From contig OY740804.1 in NCBI GenBank assembly GCA_963514005.1, forward strand, positions 5,394,001 to 5,458,000: DNA of 64,000 nt, read 5' to 3'. The first letter of the stretch is position 1, and each line of letters begins with the position of its first letter. Source of the stretch: Raja brachyura. Its lineage: Eukaryota. The notes beneath the pieces were generated by a model. It worked only from the letters and a program-made list of their open reading frames with translations. It made no database searches and was not told the DNA's origin. Position numbers and translations under genes: made by a program. Positions 45,501 to 55,171 of this stretch are shown piece by piece.

Positions 45501-47539
45501 CCTGCAAATCTAGGGTGCAGTATGGGCCGAATGGCGATTATTCGCAAACAATTGACTCAAAGTATGAGTTACAAAACAATGCCAACATATCTTTTTGAAT
45601 TTTGGTCATTGTACATCCTTGCACTTGCTCCCCAAAGGCAGTGATGCCACCCGCAATAAGCTTGAAATTCTTTGGAATCATATTTCCTGCACTATTGAAG
45701 ACATGGGTGCCCAAATAGTCAGATTCACCGTTGGCACCCTTAGTGAAGCACAATTCACAAGTGTTTCATATAATTCTGCTGTTTCAACCAAAACAGCCTC
45801 CTGAAGCTGGTGAGAAACCAATTAATGTTGGCCGCCAAGGTTACCTTCCATGGCCTCACCGCTGCCTTCAGGTAAAGCACTTTGTGCCACATCAAGTACA
45901 CCTGGATTTATATTCTTGTGCTGTGGTGGGTACTCATGACCAAAATCACCACTTTCAGGGTCAGTCTCCTGCTGCCCTGGTACTCCTGAGACTTGCTCAA
46001 GGAGACTACCTCCAGCCCAATCTGAGGCTCTGGAGGTTCATATTCCTTCGCTCCTTCGAGCTGCTGCACCCGCCGAGTTTCTCCAGCCTTTTGTGTACCC
46101 GTAATGAATATCTTCTTCATTTAACCTCAACTGAGCGTTATGACAATATTTACTTAGCGAGGTCATAGATCACCTTGCAAAAAGCCCTAGCCTTAGTGGT
46201 TAGAGTGAAAAACGTCACTGTTTTTTTAAAAATTGAGAAGAGCTATCATCTTGTATTGATCTCAGGTCACTTTACCCACTCTGGTCTCAGAGCTGGTGAT
46301 TCCAATCACGGCAGCCTCCTGAATGTGAGTTTACTGAGTCCAATGTGACGATGCAATTGAGTCAGGTTTAGGATTTCAGTTCAGACTCAATGCCTAAAGG
46401 CAGACCAAACGTCTAAAACAGAGATTGGTCAGATACAGTGAGAAATCATGTGAAATAATCACTGAATTTTATTTTAATTGAATCTACCTGCATGTTATAC
46501 TGTTTAGTTGGGAGATACAGCGCAGATAGTCCACTGAGTTCGCACCGACCAGCGATTTTATTATTTTCCTATTCGTCAATTTGTGCCCGATTATTTGGTG
46601 GCCAATCAACTGCTGTCTCTAAGGGGTTTGCGTCCAATCACCAACTAGCTTGCCTAAAAATTCCCATCCAATCAACAATTCGGTTGTCTCCTGTCCAATC
46701 TACCGCTGTCTCCAAGGGCATTGTGTCCAATCACATAATGCAGTTTAATAGTAATTAGCAGCTACGCTGAAGGTTGGAAGCCAGCGGAGCTACTGACAGT
46801 CAAACGGGAGCAGGAGAGATTCAGACAGTGTATAATCCATAGCACCTTAGTGTACAATTTCATAATGTATACGAAATAACAGGGCTGACAGACCTTGGCT
46901 GGGAACCTGGGACTCACCAAAATTGTTCCCAATTGGGCCCCGCACCTACTAAGGCCAGCCCTGCCTGAAGCACCCTACTAGAACCAGAGAGCATTGCTGA
47001 ACTCCTATCTACCTCTTTGATGACACTCTGACTACCCTTGATCAAACTTTGCTGGCTTTAACTTTCCTTTCCAAGTATCTATGCACTGTATGAGGATCGA
47101 TTGTGATCATGTATTGTCTTTCTGCTGGCTGGTTAGCAGGCAACAAAAAAGTGTTTCACTGCAGCTCGGTCCACGTGACAAAAAACTAAACTGAATTGGG
47201 AGCCAAATGTCCCGCTACTCATCAGGGACAGGTTCTATTCTCAATTTAAACTATCATCAAGATGCAATTGGACCATGTGACCACAGTGGTTAAACTACGA
47301 ACATAGTCTAGATATTCAAATGTGATTTCAGATCCATCACCACTATGCACTGGTTTCATTTCCTCCATTACATGTCCACACACACTGGTTTCATTTCCTC
47401 CATTACATGTCCACACATACTTAACCATCTCTGCTGTGGAAAGCGTGAACGGGATCCCAACTAACATCGATTATCGGAATATCAACATCTGGTTTCACTC
47501 ACCGGGCAGCGAGGAGATGAGAAGAATGGGAATCCACAT
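9250..47539 (-). CDS. Gene A: inhibitory MDIR/CD300-pIgR-like receptor, 9 coding exons (L-V1-C2a-V2-C2b-stalk-TM-cyt1-cyt2), about 592 aa
   Basis: Exons 47503-47539, 37766-38086, 33685-34005, 26227-26544, 24778-25098, 18900-18948, 11915-12003, 9943-9989 and 9250-9525 all have GT-AG borders and compatible phases (1,1,1,1,1,2,1,0). They total 1779 nt = 592 aa + stop. Joining all nine into one transcript is inferred. Confidence 0.8.
9943..9989 (-). CDS. Gene A cytoplasmic exon (E)[15 protein letters not shown]
   Basis: Acceptor tattttccag, donor CAG|GTAAAA; phase 1 to 0 bridges the TM exon and the ITIM exon. Confidence 0.8.
11915..12003 (-). CDS. Gene A transmembrane exon (R)[29 protein letters not shown]
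   Basis: Acceptor ctatgtccaacag, donor G|GTGAGT; uncharged hydrophobic helix followed by basic stop-transfer residues; phase 2 to 1. Confidence 0.9.
12330..15980 (+). mobile_element. L1-clade LINE, 5'-truncated, ORF2 with stops and frameshifts
   Basis: [35 protein letters not shown]-terminal CxxC...H...C knuckle, A-rich tail; inserted in a (tttag)n SINE tail. Confidence 0.9.
16865..17265 (-). mobile_element. Old CR1 3' fragment (similar ones at ~10840-11210 and ~8760-8890)
   Basis: [17 protein letters not shown]...VVNLWNSLP. Confidence 0.75.
18656..18892. repeat. Palindromic Penelope-derived short element next to the micro-exon donor
   Basis: 18656-18753 is the reverse complement of 18763-18860; flanked by agtt(a/t)accttga at 18646-18657 and 18893-18904. 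Confidence 0.8.
18900..18948 (-). CDS. Gene A 49-bp stalk micro-exon (G)[15 protein letters not shown]
   Basis: Acceptor ttccttgttccaacag, donor AG|GTAAAC; phase 1 to 2 links C2b to the TM exon; a paralogous exon of identical length lies at 57499-57547. Confidence 0.85.
19128..19540 (+). mobile_element. HE1-type SINE (composite); counterpart at ~57745-58010
   Basis: ggcggcacagtggcgtagtggtagag...gggttcgatcc head and tctctaaactaaa tail. Confidence 0.78.
19769..22843 (-). CDS. CR1 ORF2: APE endonuclease plus reverse transcriptase
   Basis: LNARSI, GITETW, MGDFN, SDH; [30 protein letters not shown]; no stops in 1024 codons; true start uncertain. Confidence 0.95.
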   Translation of the reverse strand: MGDQHSGRQVCHCYTDGFKLNKGGGVSNGIVEDGVRGKENKAMVNDPRINGEESSQRDRRVWPSVIGIDVKGATCQHNCIRSKSVVKTSLKALCLNARSIRNKVDELKVQIAINDYAIVGITETWLQDDQGWELNIQGYSIFRRDRRKGKGGGVALLVREEINAIERKDISVEDVESIWVELRNSKGQKTLVGTVYRPPNSSIGVGDGIKQEIRNACNKGNTVIMGDFNLHVDWVNQIGRGAEEEDFLECMRDSFLNQHVEEPTREQAILDWVLSNEEGLVSSLVVRGPLGKSDHNMVEFFIRMESDKIKSETRVLNLNKGNFEGMRCELAKIDWQVILKGLTVDVQWKVFKDCMDEVQKLFIPVWQKNKSGKVVHPWITREIRDSIKTKDEAYKFARKSSLPEDWEKFRIQQRRTKGLIRKGKIDYERKLAGNIKTDCKSFYRYVKRKRLVKTNVGPLQSETGELIMGNKDMADQLNNYFGSVFTKEDISNLPEIAVERGSNKMEELSEIQVSREVVLGKLNGLKADKSPGPDSLHPRVLKEVATEIVDALVIIFQNSLDSGVVPEDWRVANVTPLFKKGGREKAGNYRPVSLTSVVGKLLESVIKDGMAAHLESGEIIGQSQHGFTKGKSCLTNLIEFFEDVTSRVDKGEPVDVLYLDFQKAFDKVPHKRLAYKLKAHGIGGSVLMWIENWLADRRQRVGVNGSFSEWQAVTSGVPQGSVLGPQLFTIYINDLDEGIQCNISKFADDTKLGGIVRCEEDAWRLQGDLDRLSEWADAWQMQYNVDKCEVIHFGGKNMRVDYYLNGGRLGKGEMQRDLGVMVHQSLKVGMQVQQAVKKANGMLAFIAKGFEYRSREVLLQLYRVLVRPHLEYCVQFWSPNLRKDILAIEGVQRRFTRLIPGMSGLSYEERLDRLGLYSMEFRRLRGDLIETYKILKGLDKLDAGRLFPMLGESRTRGHSLRIRGNSFRTEMRKTFFTQRVVSLWNSLPQKVVEASSLAIFKRALDVALVGKGIRGYGEKAGTGY
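22783..23778 (-). CDS. CR1 ORF1: Zn-finger/leucine zipper plus SGNH (GDSL-type) esterase
   Basis: CDAC...CEKC, heptad leucines, [22 protein letters not shown] motifs. Confidence 0.92.
   Translation of the reverse strand: MARESSARRLRKILDRARPRQKKMSSKLMQCDACSMWEVKDTAGASGCYKCEKCIQVQLLKDRVGELEKQVDDLRFIRETESFLDKSFSEIVTPKALEERRWVTVRKGGKHGMQRSPGVVPLVNRFTHVEAAGTEDGIPLSGGLACQTKRADEPNPQRPKSGNAIVVGDSIVRGTDRGFCGNRRDSRMVCCLPGARIQDVTDRVQTILKGEGDQPEVVVHVGTNDVGKKEMIFLQRDFRELGKMLKSRTSRVVISGLLPVPRAGESRNREIWDLNVWLRNWCRGQGFRFLDHWDFFYSKGELYKRDGLHLNRWGTSILAGRFATATRMVLN
23895..24156 (-). repeat. Duplicated ~113-bp 5'UTR monomer of the CR1
   Basis: ccctctgactcactgagaact...gagccaatcagtg...aaatccacgggaagac occurs twice, about 149 bp apart; each copy has a CCAAT box. 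Confidence 0.85.
24778..25098 (-). CDS. Gene A exon: C2/FcR-like Ig domain C2b
   Basis: EPVSVPVL...[18 protein letters not shown]...YYCTASN; 321 bp, phase 1-1; donor G|GTAAGT. Confidence 0.92.
26227..26544 (-). CDS. Gene A exon: V-set Ig domain V2
   Basis: [22 protein letters not shown]...[11 protein letters not shown]...DAGWYSCG; tandem acceptors (26544 or 26538); donor G|GTAGGT. Confidence 0.92.
27200..27575 (-). mobile_element. Rex1/Babar-like fragment
   Basis: [16 protein letters not shown]...[12 protein letters not shown]. Confidence 0.75.
27790..33507 (+). mobile_element. DIRS1-type tyrosine-recombinase retrotransposon (DIRS-1): both ends present, ORFs degenerate
   Basis: gag-like 27962-28700; RT ([11 protein letters not shown]) 30639-31253; RNase H/methyltransferase-like 31358-32272; YR (HSTRAAS) to about 33080; inverted termini 27820-27850 vs 33407-33437; internal complementary region 33198-33300 joining both ends; ATT at both junctions. 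Confidence 0.92.
29603..30588 (-). mobile_element. 5'-truncated CR1 (second young subfamily) inserted in the DIRS-1 RT
   Basis: RT C-terminus and (ctatgttt)n tail; splits DIRS frame KGAIET|[15 protein letters not shown]. Confidence 0.93.
33685..34005 (-). CDS. Gene A exon: C2/FcR-like Ig domain C2a
   Basis: EPMSAPVL...[18 protein letters not shown]...YYCTAS; 321 bp, phase 1-1; acceptor ccacag, donor G|GTGCGT. Confidence 0.88.
34945..36530 (-). mobile_element. Penelope-like element remnant with GIY-YIG endonuclease (interrupted by a Rex fragment)
   Basis: [29 protein letters not shown]...[12 protein letters not shown]; related remnants at ~10400-10810, 17440-18420, 53730-54410, 61940-62900 and 63860-64000. 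Confidence 0.8.
35285..35945 (+). mobile_element. Rex1/Babar-like LINE 3' fragment
   Basis: [21 protein letters not shown]; same family as 48706-49915 in the opposite orientation. Confidence 0.78.
36627..37285 (-). mobile_element. CR1 3' fragment
   Basis: [13 protein letters not shown]...GEKAGTGY with a frameshift; absent from the paralogous gene B intron near 63027. Confidence 0.88.
37766..38086 (-). CDS. Gene A exon: V-set Ig domain V1 (CD300/pIgR type)
   Basis: ITIDCHY...[11 protein letters not shown]...[19 protein letters not shown] with the extra C-C' cysteine pair; tandem in-frame acceptors (exon edge 38086 or 38080); donor G|GTATGT. Confidence 0.92.
39048..41423 (+). mobile_element. 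5'-truncated CR1, near-identical to the full-length copy, inserted in the terminal repeat of DIRS-2
   Basis: 751-aa ORF differs from the ORF2 copy at about 4 residues by eye; ctatgtttct tail; short aagaa duplication at the flanks. Confidence 0.95.
42424..43063 (+). mobile_element. 5'-truncated CR1, near-identical to 29603-30588, inserted in the DIRS-2 recombinase
   Basis: Shares [26 protein letters not shown] with the 29.6-kb copy; same tail. Confidence 0.93.
47348..47417 (-). promoter_or_regulatory. 35-bp tandem duplication in intron 1, each copy with an Ets-IRF composite element (GGAAATGAAA)
   Basis: cactggtttcatttcctccattacatgtccacaca x2; EICE matches at 47354-47363 and 47389-47398. Confidence 0.55.
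47503..47539 (-). CDS. Gene A exon 1: signal peptide [12 protein letters not shown]
   Basis: aaaacaATG start, hydrophobic leader, phase-1 donor G|GTGAGT; continues in frame as (V)SGAVWG in the V1 exon. Confidence 0.85.
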
Positions 47540-47730
47540 TGTTTTATCCATAGTGACAAGGTTAGCACTTGTCTGCCTGTCGCTCAGCTCTGAGCTCTCA
47601 GATACACCGGATCTCTCAATTAACAATGAGGAAGAAGCGAACATGACGTCAGATCCTGGGCCACAGCGAGCCAGCAGCTGTTCGCACGTTGCAGTGTGAA
47701 ATGGCTCAGGGTAATATTTCGCAAATGGTT
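47540..47730 (-). promoter_or_regulatory. Putative gene A proximal promoter/5'UTR
   Basis: Directly upstream of the ATG: PU-box GAGGAAG 47628-47634, perfect CRE TGACGTCA 47644-47651, C/EBP-like TTTCGCAA 47717-47724. Confidence 0.5.
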
Positions 47731-48705
47731 GTGTCAGATGATCACAGAATCATACAGATTCATACAGCACGGAAACAGGCCCTACTCCCCAACTCGTTAG
47801 ACCAATATGCTCATCCAAGTTAGTCAAATTTAACCACATCCCCCCCCAAACCCATATCTCCCCAAACCTTCCCTATCCATGGACCTGTCCAAGTGACCGT
47901 TACATGGCATTATTGCTGCTGCTTCAACCACTTCGACAAGTGTGATGTATCCGTAAGGATGGAGCGGAGGTTATCTCTTTACTCAAAGTCTGTTAACACT
48001 GAACAGTGGTGGAAATATTGATAGACTAAAAATGTAGGAGCCTCTCTGCTGGCCAGGCAGCACCTCTGGAGAAAATGGATAGGTGACATTTCGGATCGGG
48101 ACCCTTCATGTAAACAATGAGACGTTGGATAAAATTGACATATAAAAGAGTAGAAACGTCTAAGATGTGTACACTTCCGGATCATTCCCTCTTGATGATT
48201 TTGTAAGTGGGCCGACAGATCAAAGATCTAACCATTGGTACTTTTGTTTAGGCATATTACTGTTGACAAGGCGCAAAACAGGAAGCTGGCGTTAGGAAGT
48301 AGGGGCTTTTCACCTGAAATCAGCTGAGGTTAATTGGAGTTTGACAATCTCCTCTCTGCCTCAACTCTTTCATTCAAACTTTGAAACACTATTGTCATGA
48401 TATTCACGTTTTGAAAATGACATGTAGTGGTCTGTGAAGGCGTTTGTCTAGAATTACCACAGGATGGAGATCAGCTGGGAAAGCGGGATGTGGAATGTAA
48501 CTCAAACAAGGGCGAAGTAATACACTTGGTGAAGTTAAAGCAAGGTAGAATATGCACGGTGAATTGAATTGTTAACTTGTCTTTTTTGCAACCCAGAGCT
48601 AATAAATTAACAGGGTTGTGTTCATGTACATTCCATTGGCTGATTTTGTACATCTGCTTGCAACGATTTCACTCTGTCGGCAACTAGTTGCATTATAATA
48701 TAACA

Positions 48706-49915
48706 AGTCAAGTCAAGTCAAATCACGTTTATTCATCACGTGCACATACTAGATGTGCAGTGAAATGAAAAGTGGCAATGCTCGTGGACTTGTGCAAAAG
48801 ACAAACAAACAAACAAACAAACTACAAACAGAACGGAACAGAATCACATATTATTTTACATTTTACATACTGTGGGCGGGAGGAAAAAGGAAAAGAAAAC
48901 AGCAATTTAAAAAAAAAACCAGTAGAATGGTCCAGTAAAGTTAATCCCTGGTGAGATAGGAGTTTATAATCCTAATGGCCTCTGGGAAGAAATTCCTTCT
49001 CAAACTCTCCGCTCTCACAGCATGGCAGAGGAGGTGTTTGCCTGACCGTCGCAGCTGGAACAGTCCGTTGCTGGGGTGGAAGGGGTCTCCCATGATCTTA
49101 TTGACTCTAGAGTTGCACCTTCTGATGTATAGTTCCTGCAGAGGGGCGAGTGAAGTTCCCATAGTGCGTTCGGCTGAATGCACTACTCTCTGCCGAGCCT
49201 ACTTGTCCTGGGCAGAGCAGTTCCCAAACCAAATCGTGATATTTCCGGACAAGATGCTTTCCACAGCCGCTGAGTAGAAGCACAGGAAGATCCTCAGAGA
49301 CACTCTGAATTTCCTCAATTGCCCGAGGTGGAAAAGGCACTGTCTTGCCTTACTCACGAGTGCTGCAGCGTGTGATGTCCTTGTCATATCCTCAGAGATG
49401 TGGACTCCCAGGTATTAAAAACAGCTCACCCTATCCACAGTATCCCCATTTATCCTCAATGGTGTGTACGTCCTAGAATGATGTGCCCTCCTAAAGTCCA
49501 CGATCAGCCCCTTAGTTTTTTTGATGTTCAAGAGGAGGCTGTTGTCCTGACACCAGAGTGCCAGATCAGCCACCTCCTCCCAGTAGGCCTTCTCATCGTT
49601 GTCTGAGATCAGGCCCATCAACAAACTTGATTATCAGGATGGAGCTGAACCTAGCCACACAGCCATGTGTGTACAGGGAGTACAGTAGGGGGTCGAGGAC
49701 GTAACCCTGGGGGGATCCTGTGTTCAGCCTGAGGGACTTCGATGTATTTCCCTCCATCTTGACTACATGGGGCCTGGTGAAGAGAAAGACCAGGACCCAG
49801 GCAGACAAAGGGGTTGTTGAGCCCCAACTCCAGTAGCTTCTCGGCCAGTCTGGTGCGGACTATCGTGTTGAAGGCTGAACTGAAGTCTATGAACAGCATC
49901 CTCATGTACCTGCTG
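48706..49915 (-). mobile_element. Rex1/Babar-like LINE 3' fragment
   Basis: RMLFIDFSSAFNTI, TGSPQG, WCQDNSLLLN, ESILSGNITIW; (gactt)n tail. Confidence 0.8.
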
Positions 49916-50656
49916 CGGGCTGTCGTTCTGGGTGTGACACTTTCAGGGGAACAGTGCAGTTTATTCGGGTTGTGTACATCAGTGGCAATATTGTGCATCA
50001 TGTGGTATTGGTGTAACACACTGGCGTGTCCGCCACTGATGTTAGCTGAGCGTTGGCGACCCTCAGTAAATGATGTTTTGTTCAGAGCGATTTCCTGTTC
50101 AGCAAAAACACTGCAGAGTGGAACCGACGATGCAGCAAAACAATTTAATTCTGTCTTCATTCACCTTTGACCCATGTCTTCTGCTAACACTGCTCAGCAA
50201 ACAGTGTTACAACGAGCTACTCGCAAGATGCGGTTCTGAGATACAAATCTACACACCCTTGTTTCAGCAGCACGTGCAAAGTGTCAGCACTGCAGAGCAA
50301 TTCAGTGTAAAGAAAGAAATGGCTGTTTGAAAATATTAGACTAAAGTACATTCCAAGTCAGCACCCACCACTAAAAACAACAGTGGCATCGACCCGATAT
50401 GTCACCCATTCTTTCCATCCATTGATGCTGCCCTTCCCGCTGATTTGCTCCAGTATTTTGTATCTATCTGTGGCATCTCATACCATCTATCTCTCACTAT
50501 CTGTGAGGCACTTTGGGATGCCTTGCAGTGGGGAAAAGGTCCAATTTAAAATAATTCCTCCCATTAGACCATTAACAAGCTCAATTTGAACGGGCCGGGC
50601 AGCTTCAGTGTGACCACAAAATTTGCAAGTATCTCTGGCTATTCAGCATCCCACAG

Positions 50657-52070
50657 ATAACCATATAACCATATAACAATTACAGCACGGAAACGGGCCC
50701 TCTCGGCCCTTCCAGTCCGTGCCGAACATTTATTTTCCCCTAGTCCCATCTACCTGCACTCAGACCATACCCCTCCATTCCCTTCCCGTCCATATACCTA
50801 TCCACTTTACTTTTCAATGTTAAAATCGATCCTGCCTCCACCACTTCTGCTGGAAGCTCATTCCACACAGCCACCACTCTCTGAGTAAAGAAGTTCCCCC
50901 TCATGTTACCCATAAACTTCTGTCCCTTAATACTCATGTCATGCCCTCTTGTTTGAATCTTCCCTACCCTCAATGGGAAAAGCTTATCCACGTCAACTCT
51001 GTCTATCCCTTTCATCATTTTAAAGACCTCAATCAAGTCCCCCCTTTACCTTCTGCGCTCCAAAGAATAAAGACCTAACTTGTTCAACCTTTCTCTGTAA
51101 CTTAGTTGCTGGAACCCAGGCACCATTCTAGTAAATGTCCTCTGCCCTCTCTCTATTTTGTTGACATCCTTCCTATAATTAGGCGACCAAAATTGTACAC
51201 CATACTCCAGAATTGGTCTCACCAATGCCTTGTACAATTTTAACATTACTTCCCTATTCCTATATTCAATGCTCTGATTTATAAAGGCCAGCAAACCAAA
51301 AGCTTTCTTTACCACCATATCTACATGCGATTCCACCTTCAGGGAACTATGCACAGTTATTCCTACATCCCTCTGTTCCACAGCATTCCTCAATTCCCTA
51401 CCATTTACCTTGTACGTCCTATTTTGATTTGTCCTGCCAAGATGTAGCACCTCACACTTATCAGCATTAAACTCCATCTGCCATCTTTCAGCCCACTCTT
51501 CCAAATGGCCCAAATCTCTCTGTAGACTTTGAAAATCTACTTCATTATCCACAACACCACCTATCTTAGTATAATCTGCATACTTACTTATCCAATTTTC
51601 CACCCCATCATCCAGATCATTGATGTACATGACAAACAACAGTGGACCCAACACAGATCCCTGAGGCACCCCACTGGTCACCGGCTTCCAGCCTGACAAA
51701 CAGCCATCCACCATTACTCTCTGGCATCTCCCATTCAGCCACTGTTGAATCCATCTTGCTACTCCGCCATTAACACCCAAAGATTGAACCTTCATAACCA
51801 ACCTTCCATGGGGAACCTTGTCAAAGGCCTTCCTGAAATCCATATAGGCAACATCCACTGCTTTACCCTCATCAATTTTCCTAGTAACCTCTTCAAAAAA
51901 TTCAAGAAGGTTTGTCAAACATGACCTTCCAGGCACAAATCCATGTTGACGGTTCCTGATCAGACCCTGTTTATCCAGATGCTTATATATATTATCTCTA
52001 AGTATCCTTTCCATTAATTTGCCTACCACTGACATCAAACTAACAGGTCTATAATTGATAGGTTTATTAT
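50657..52070 (-). mobile_element. CR1 LINE 3' fragment (different subfamily)
   Basis: RT motifs [21 protein letters not shown]; frameshift near 51040; (ttatatgg)n tail. Confidence 0.9.
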
Positions 52071-52469
52071 CCAGATGTTCATGACCTGGGGGTTTGTGAG
52101 TTCAAAGCAGCCTCTGGTCTCATTTCCTCGTCTCCCCGCTTACTGTGTGGAGAATACGCAAAGTAATCCTTGAGTCTTTCCGAACTTTATGGTGGTTACT
52201 CCGTTATTGCAGGTCACCATTGTTTTATTTTCAAACAACATCCTTAACAGTTCTTTCATGAGCGGGGTTACAGTGACAATTCAGACTGAGGAAAGCAACA
52301 CAATGTATTTGCAGTTTCACACCCCGGTCTTTGCAAGCTGCAACTAAACCATTGCGTCCTGCACAAGAATAGACTTTCCACTAGTTTAGTTTAGAGATAC
52401 AGCGCGGAAACAGGCCCTTCGGCCCACCAAGTTCACACTGACCACGATCGCCGCACATTAACATTATGG

Positions 52470-53288
52470 TTCATAATGTAGCAGAAGATCAGACATGTCT
52501 TTTGGCCCTAGACCATTCAGTGCTTTATAAACCAAGTCATATTTTGAAATCAATTCTTTGACAGAATGGAAGCCAGTGTAAAGACCTCAAAACTGGAGTG
52601 ATGTAATCCACTTTCTTGTTCTTAGCGAGGACACGAGCAGCAGCGTTCTGAATCACCTGCAGCTGTCCAGGCGATTTTTTAGGGAGACCTGTGAGGACAG
52701 CGTTACAGTAGTCAAGTCTACTGAAGATAAATGCATGGGTACTTTTTTCCAAATCCTGCTGAACCGTAAGTCCTTTAACCTTTGATATATTCTTAAGGTG
52801 ATAGTAGGCCGACATATTAATTGTCTTAAAGTGGCTGTTGAAATTCAAGTCTGAGTCCATGATTACACCAAGTGTTCTGGCTTTCTCCATGGTTTTTAAC
52901 ATTGCCGATTGAAGTTGAGCACTGACTTTCAATCGTTCCTCTTTGGCTCCAAAAACAACTACCTCAGTTTTGTCTTTGTTTAATTGAAAAAAAGTTTTGG
53001 CACATCCAGTCGTTGATTTGTTTGATGCACCTACTCGGTATTCGAATTGCTCCATGGTCCCATTGTGATATGGTTATGTACTCCGCATGTCATATTTGTC
53101 CGCTCTGAGCAGTAATTACCTATAGACACAAAGTAGTCCCTGATCTTTAAGTCGGATTCAAACCTGTTCAGTACGGTGCCAACCAGAAAGTCCAACCCTG
53201 TTTTCCAATCGGTTCAGTAATATGGTGTGGTCGACCGTGGCAAATGCAGCACTGATATCCAGTAGTACTAATGCTGAAATGTTGCCAC
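52470..53288 (-). mobile_element. L2 LINE RT 3' fragment
   Basis: QLNKDKTE, HAFIFSRLDYCN, IQNAAARVL, ITPVLRSLHWLP. Confidence 0.85.
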
Positions 53289-53781
53289 CCTACACACACT
53301 GGGGACAATTTACATTTATAGACAGCCAATTAACCTACGTACCTGTACGTCTTTGGAGTGTGGGAGGAAACCGCAGATCTCGAAGAAAACCCACGCGGTC
53401 ATGGGGAGAACGTACAAACTCCATACAGACAGCTCCTGTAGTCTGGATCGAACCCGGGTCTCCGGTGCTTCAAGCGCTGTAAGGCAGCAACTCTACCGTT
53501 GCGCCACCATGGCCATTATTTATAGTCATCTTTGGACGGTGGACAAAATGAATAACTCGTTGCAGCATTAAAATGTTTATCAATATTACGGTACTCAAAA
53601 GACACGAAAATGGGATGCGATGGAACCAGTGTGAAAGGGTTAATTACTGATTGACGTGGACTAGGTGGGCCAAATGGTCTGTATCCATGCCGTATCTTTC
53701 AATCACTTAATCAAAAAAAAAGTTTAACAAAATGCTGGAGTAACTCAGCGGGACAGGCAGCATCTCTGGATGAAAGGAATG

Positions 53782-53816
53782 GGCGACGTTTCGGGTCGAG
53801 ACCCTTCTTCAGACTG
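53782..53816 (-). ncRNA. Minimal hammerhead-ribozyme-like motif at a Penelope-derived terminus (best of about 12 copies)
   Basis: cagtCTGAAGA-a-GGGT(CTCG)ACCC-GAAA-cGTC: CUGANGA and GAAA boxes, stem II hairpin, palindromic ACGT stem III, GUC triplet; stem I weak. Confidence 0.55.
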
Positions 53817-55063
53817 AAGCCAGGGCAGAGGGGGCTACTTGGATAAGGATCCGTGGTTTGTAAACGGGACAAAGGCGATGGAGATCAAGGAAAATGCAGA
53901 ATAGGTCATTGTTAGTTAGGAGAAGGTAACAACAAAGCATTTAGAGATAAAATGTAGTCGGAGTCTGTGAGACTGCTCGGAGAACTGGGAAGGAGGGGGG
54001 GGGCGGGGAATGGAATGCAAGGTTACTTGAAGTTAGAAGTCAATTTTCACACCGTGGGGGGTGTGAGAGCTGCCCAAGCGAAATATGAGGTGCTCTTCCT
54101 CCAATTTGCGCTGGTACTCAATATGACAATGGAGGATGCCCAGGGCAGAAATGTCATTGGGAATGGGAGGGGCAGTTAAAGTGTTTAGCGACTGGGATAT
54201 CAGTTGGGGGTGGACTGAGCGGAGGTGTTCAGCGAAACGATCGCCTGGAAGCGAGAACAAGCGCAGGCTCGGCGATCGTTTTGCTGAACACCGCTGCTCA
54301 GTCTGCATACCCCTACCTGATCTATCCACAGATACCGCCTGTCACCTGTTACCCCAGCAATGTATGTCCATCTTCTGTTTAAACCAGCATCTGCAGTTCC
54401 TTCCCACCTAAATATTAGTTGCATATAGGAAATGATATCTGCAGATGTTGGATGTGCATAGCGCGTCAGCCAGCATCTGTTGACAGAAAAATAAGGCCAA
54501 TAGTCAGAACAATGTCGATGCATAATTTTGTTCTGATGGGATAGCATGGCATGAAAGATTAATTGATTGCCTTTCCTAAATGCCACTAACGTTTGGCAAC
54601 AGGAGGATTATCCAGCAGTGTGATTGCAGTCTGTTGTGCATCACTAAAGTTGCAGTCAGTACAAAACAAATTAGACAAACCATTTATTGACAACAATCAT
54701 TTATTAAGAAGCATTATGTTGCATTATTATTCATTAATCAAAAAAAATTCATTAGTGAAAAAAAAAATTTCCAGAAAGTTGAAAGCATCTAATATAGTTT
54801 AACAGAGTATTACACTCTGGAGCTGCAGAAACCACGCAGAGGTTAAAACAATAGTTCGAAGCTGTCGAAAAAAACCTTGGAAGAGGTGACAAAAATTAAG
54901 GTGGTGCAAGCTAGGTGTCTTCATTGTAATTCGTGGGTCGAGTGGCGAAGTTCTGATTCATCTCGTCTCTGCAAAAGACAATGTGAAGTCATCAGTCTCA
55001 TTTGACCCGACCGCTCCCAACACAATGCTATCTGGAAGATGGACCCCAACGAATCCACACCGG

Positions 55064-55171
55064 TCACTGAAATCCACTCTGCACACGTACAACCAGACAA
55101 AACCTCGTGAAATCATCTCCATTGAGATTTGGTTTAACTTCAGGATATGAAAACGTGCATGGTTTTTGTTT
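55064..55171 (-). CDS. Gene B candidate terminal exon (35 aa, KQKPCTFSYPEV...)
   Basis: Acceptor-like tgtccattgatag, open phase-0 frame to TGA, AATAAA signals near 54683-54705; no homology support. Confidence 0.35.
   Translation of the reverse strand, partial: KQKPCTFSYPEVKPNLNGDDFTRFCLVVRVQSGFQ

Larger units (their letters stand above)
38966..45960 (-). mobile_element. DIRS1-type retrotransposon (DIRS-2): degenerate, 5' end not found
   Basis: Right terminus aatagtaagattaaac at 38966; ICR about 41565-41680; YR 41960-43490; RNase H/MT 43648-44637 (YAFPPF); RT and gag remnants to about 45900. Confidence 0.88.
38655..46963. mobile_element. hAT-type DNA transposon derivative hosting DIRS-2
   Basis: Terminal inverted repeats cagggctggcctta / taaggccagccctg; exact 8-bp TSD cctgaagc at 38647-38654 and 46964-46971. 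Confidence 0.88.

Noticed and set aside
47322-47699. Plus-strand 125-aa ORF with a signal-peptide-like segment
   Set aside because: It is antisense to the real leader exon and promoter, with no splice partner or recognisable domain.
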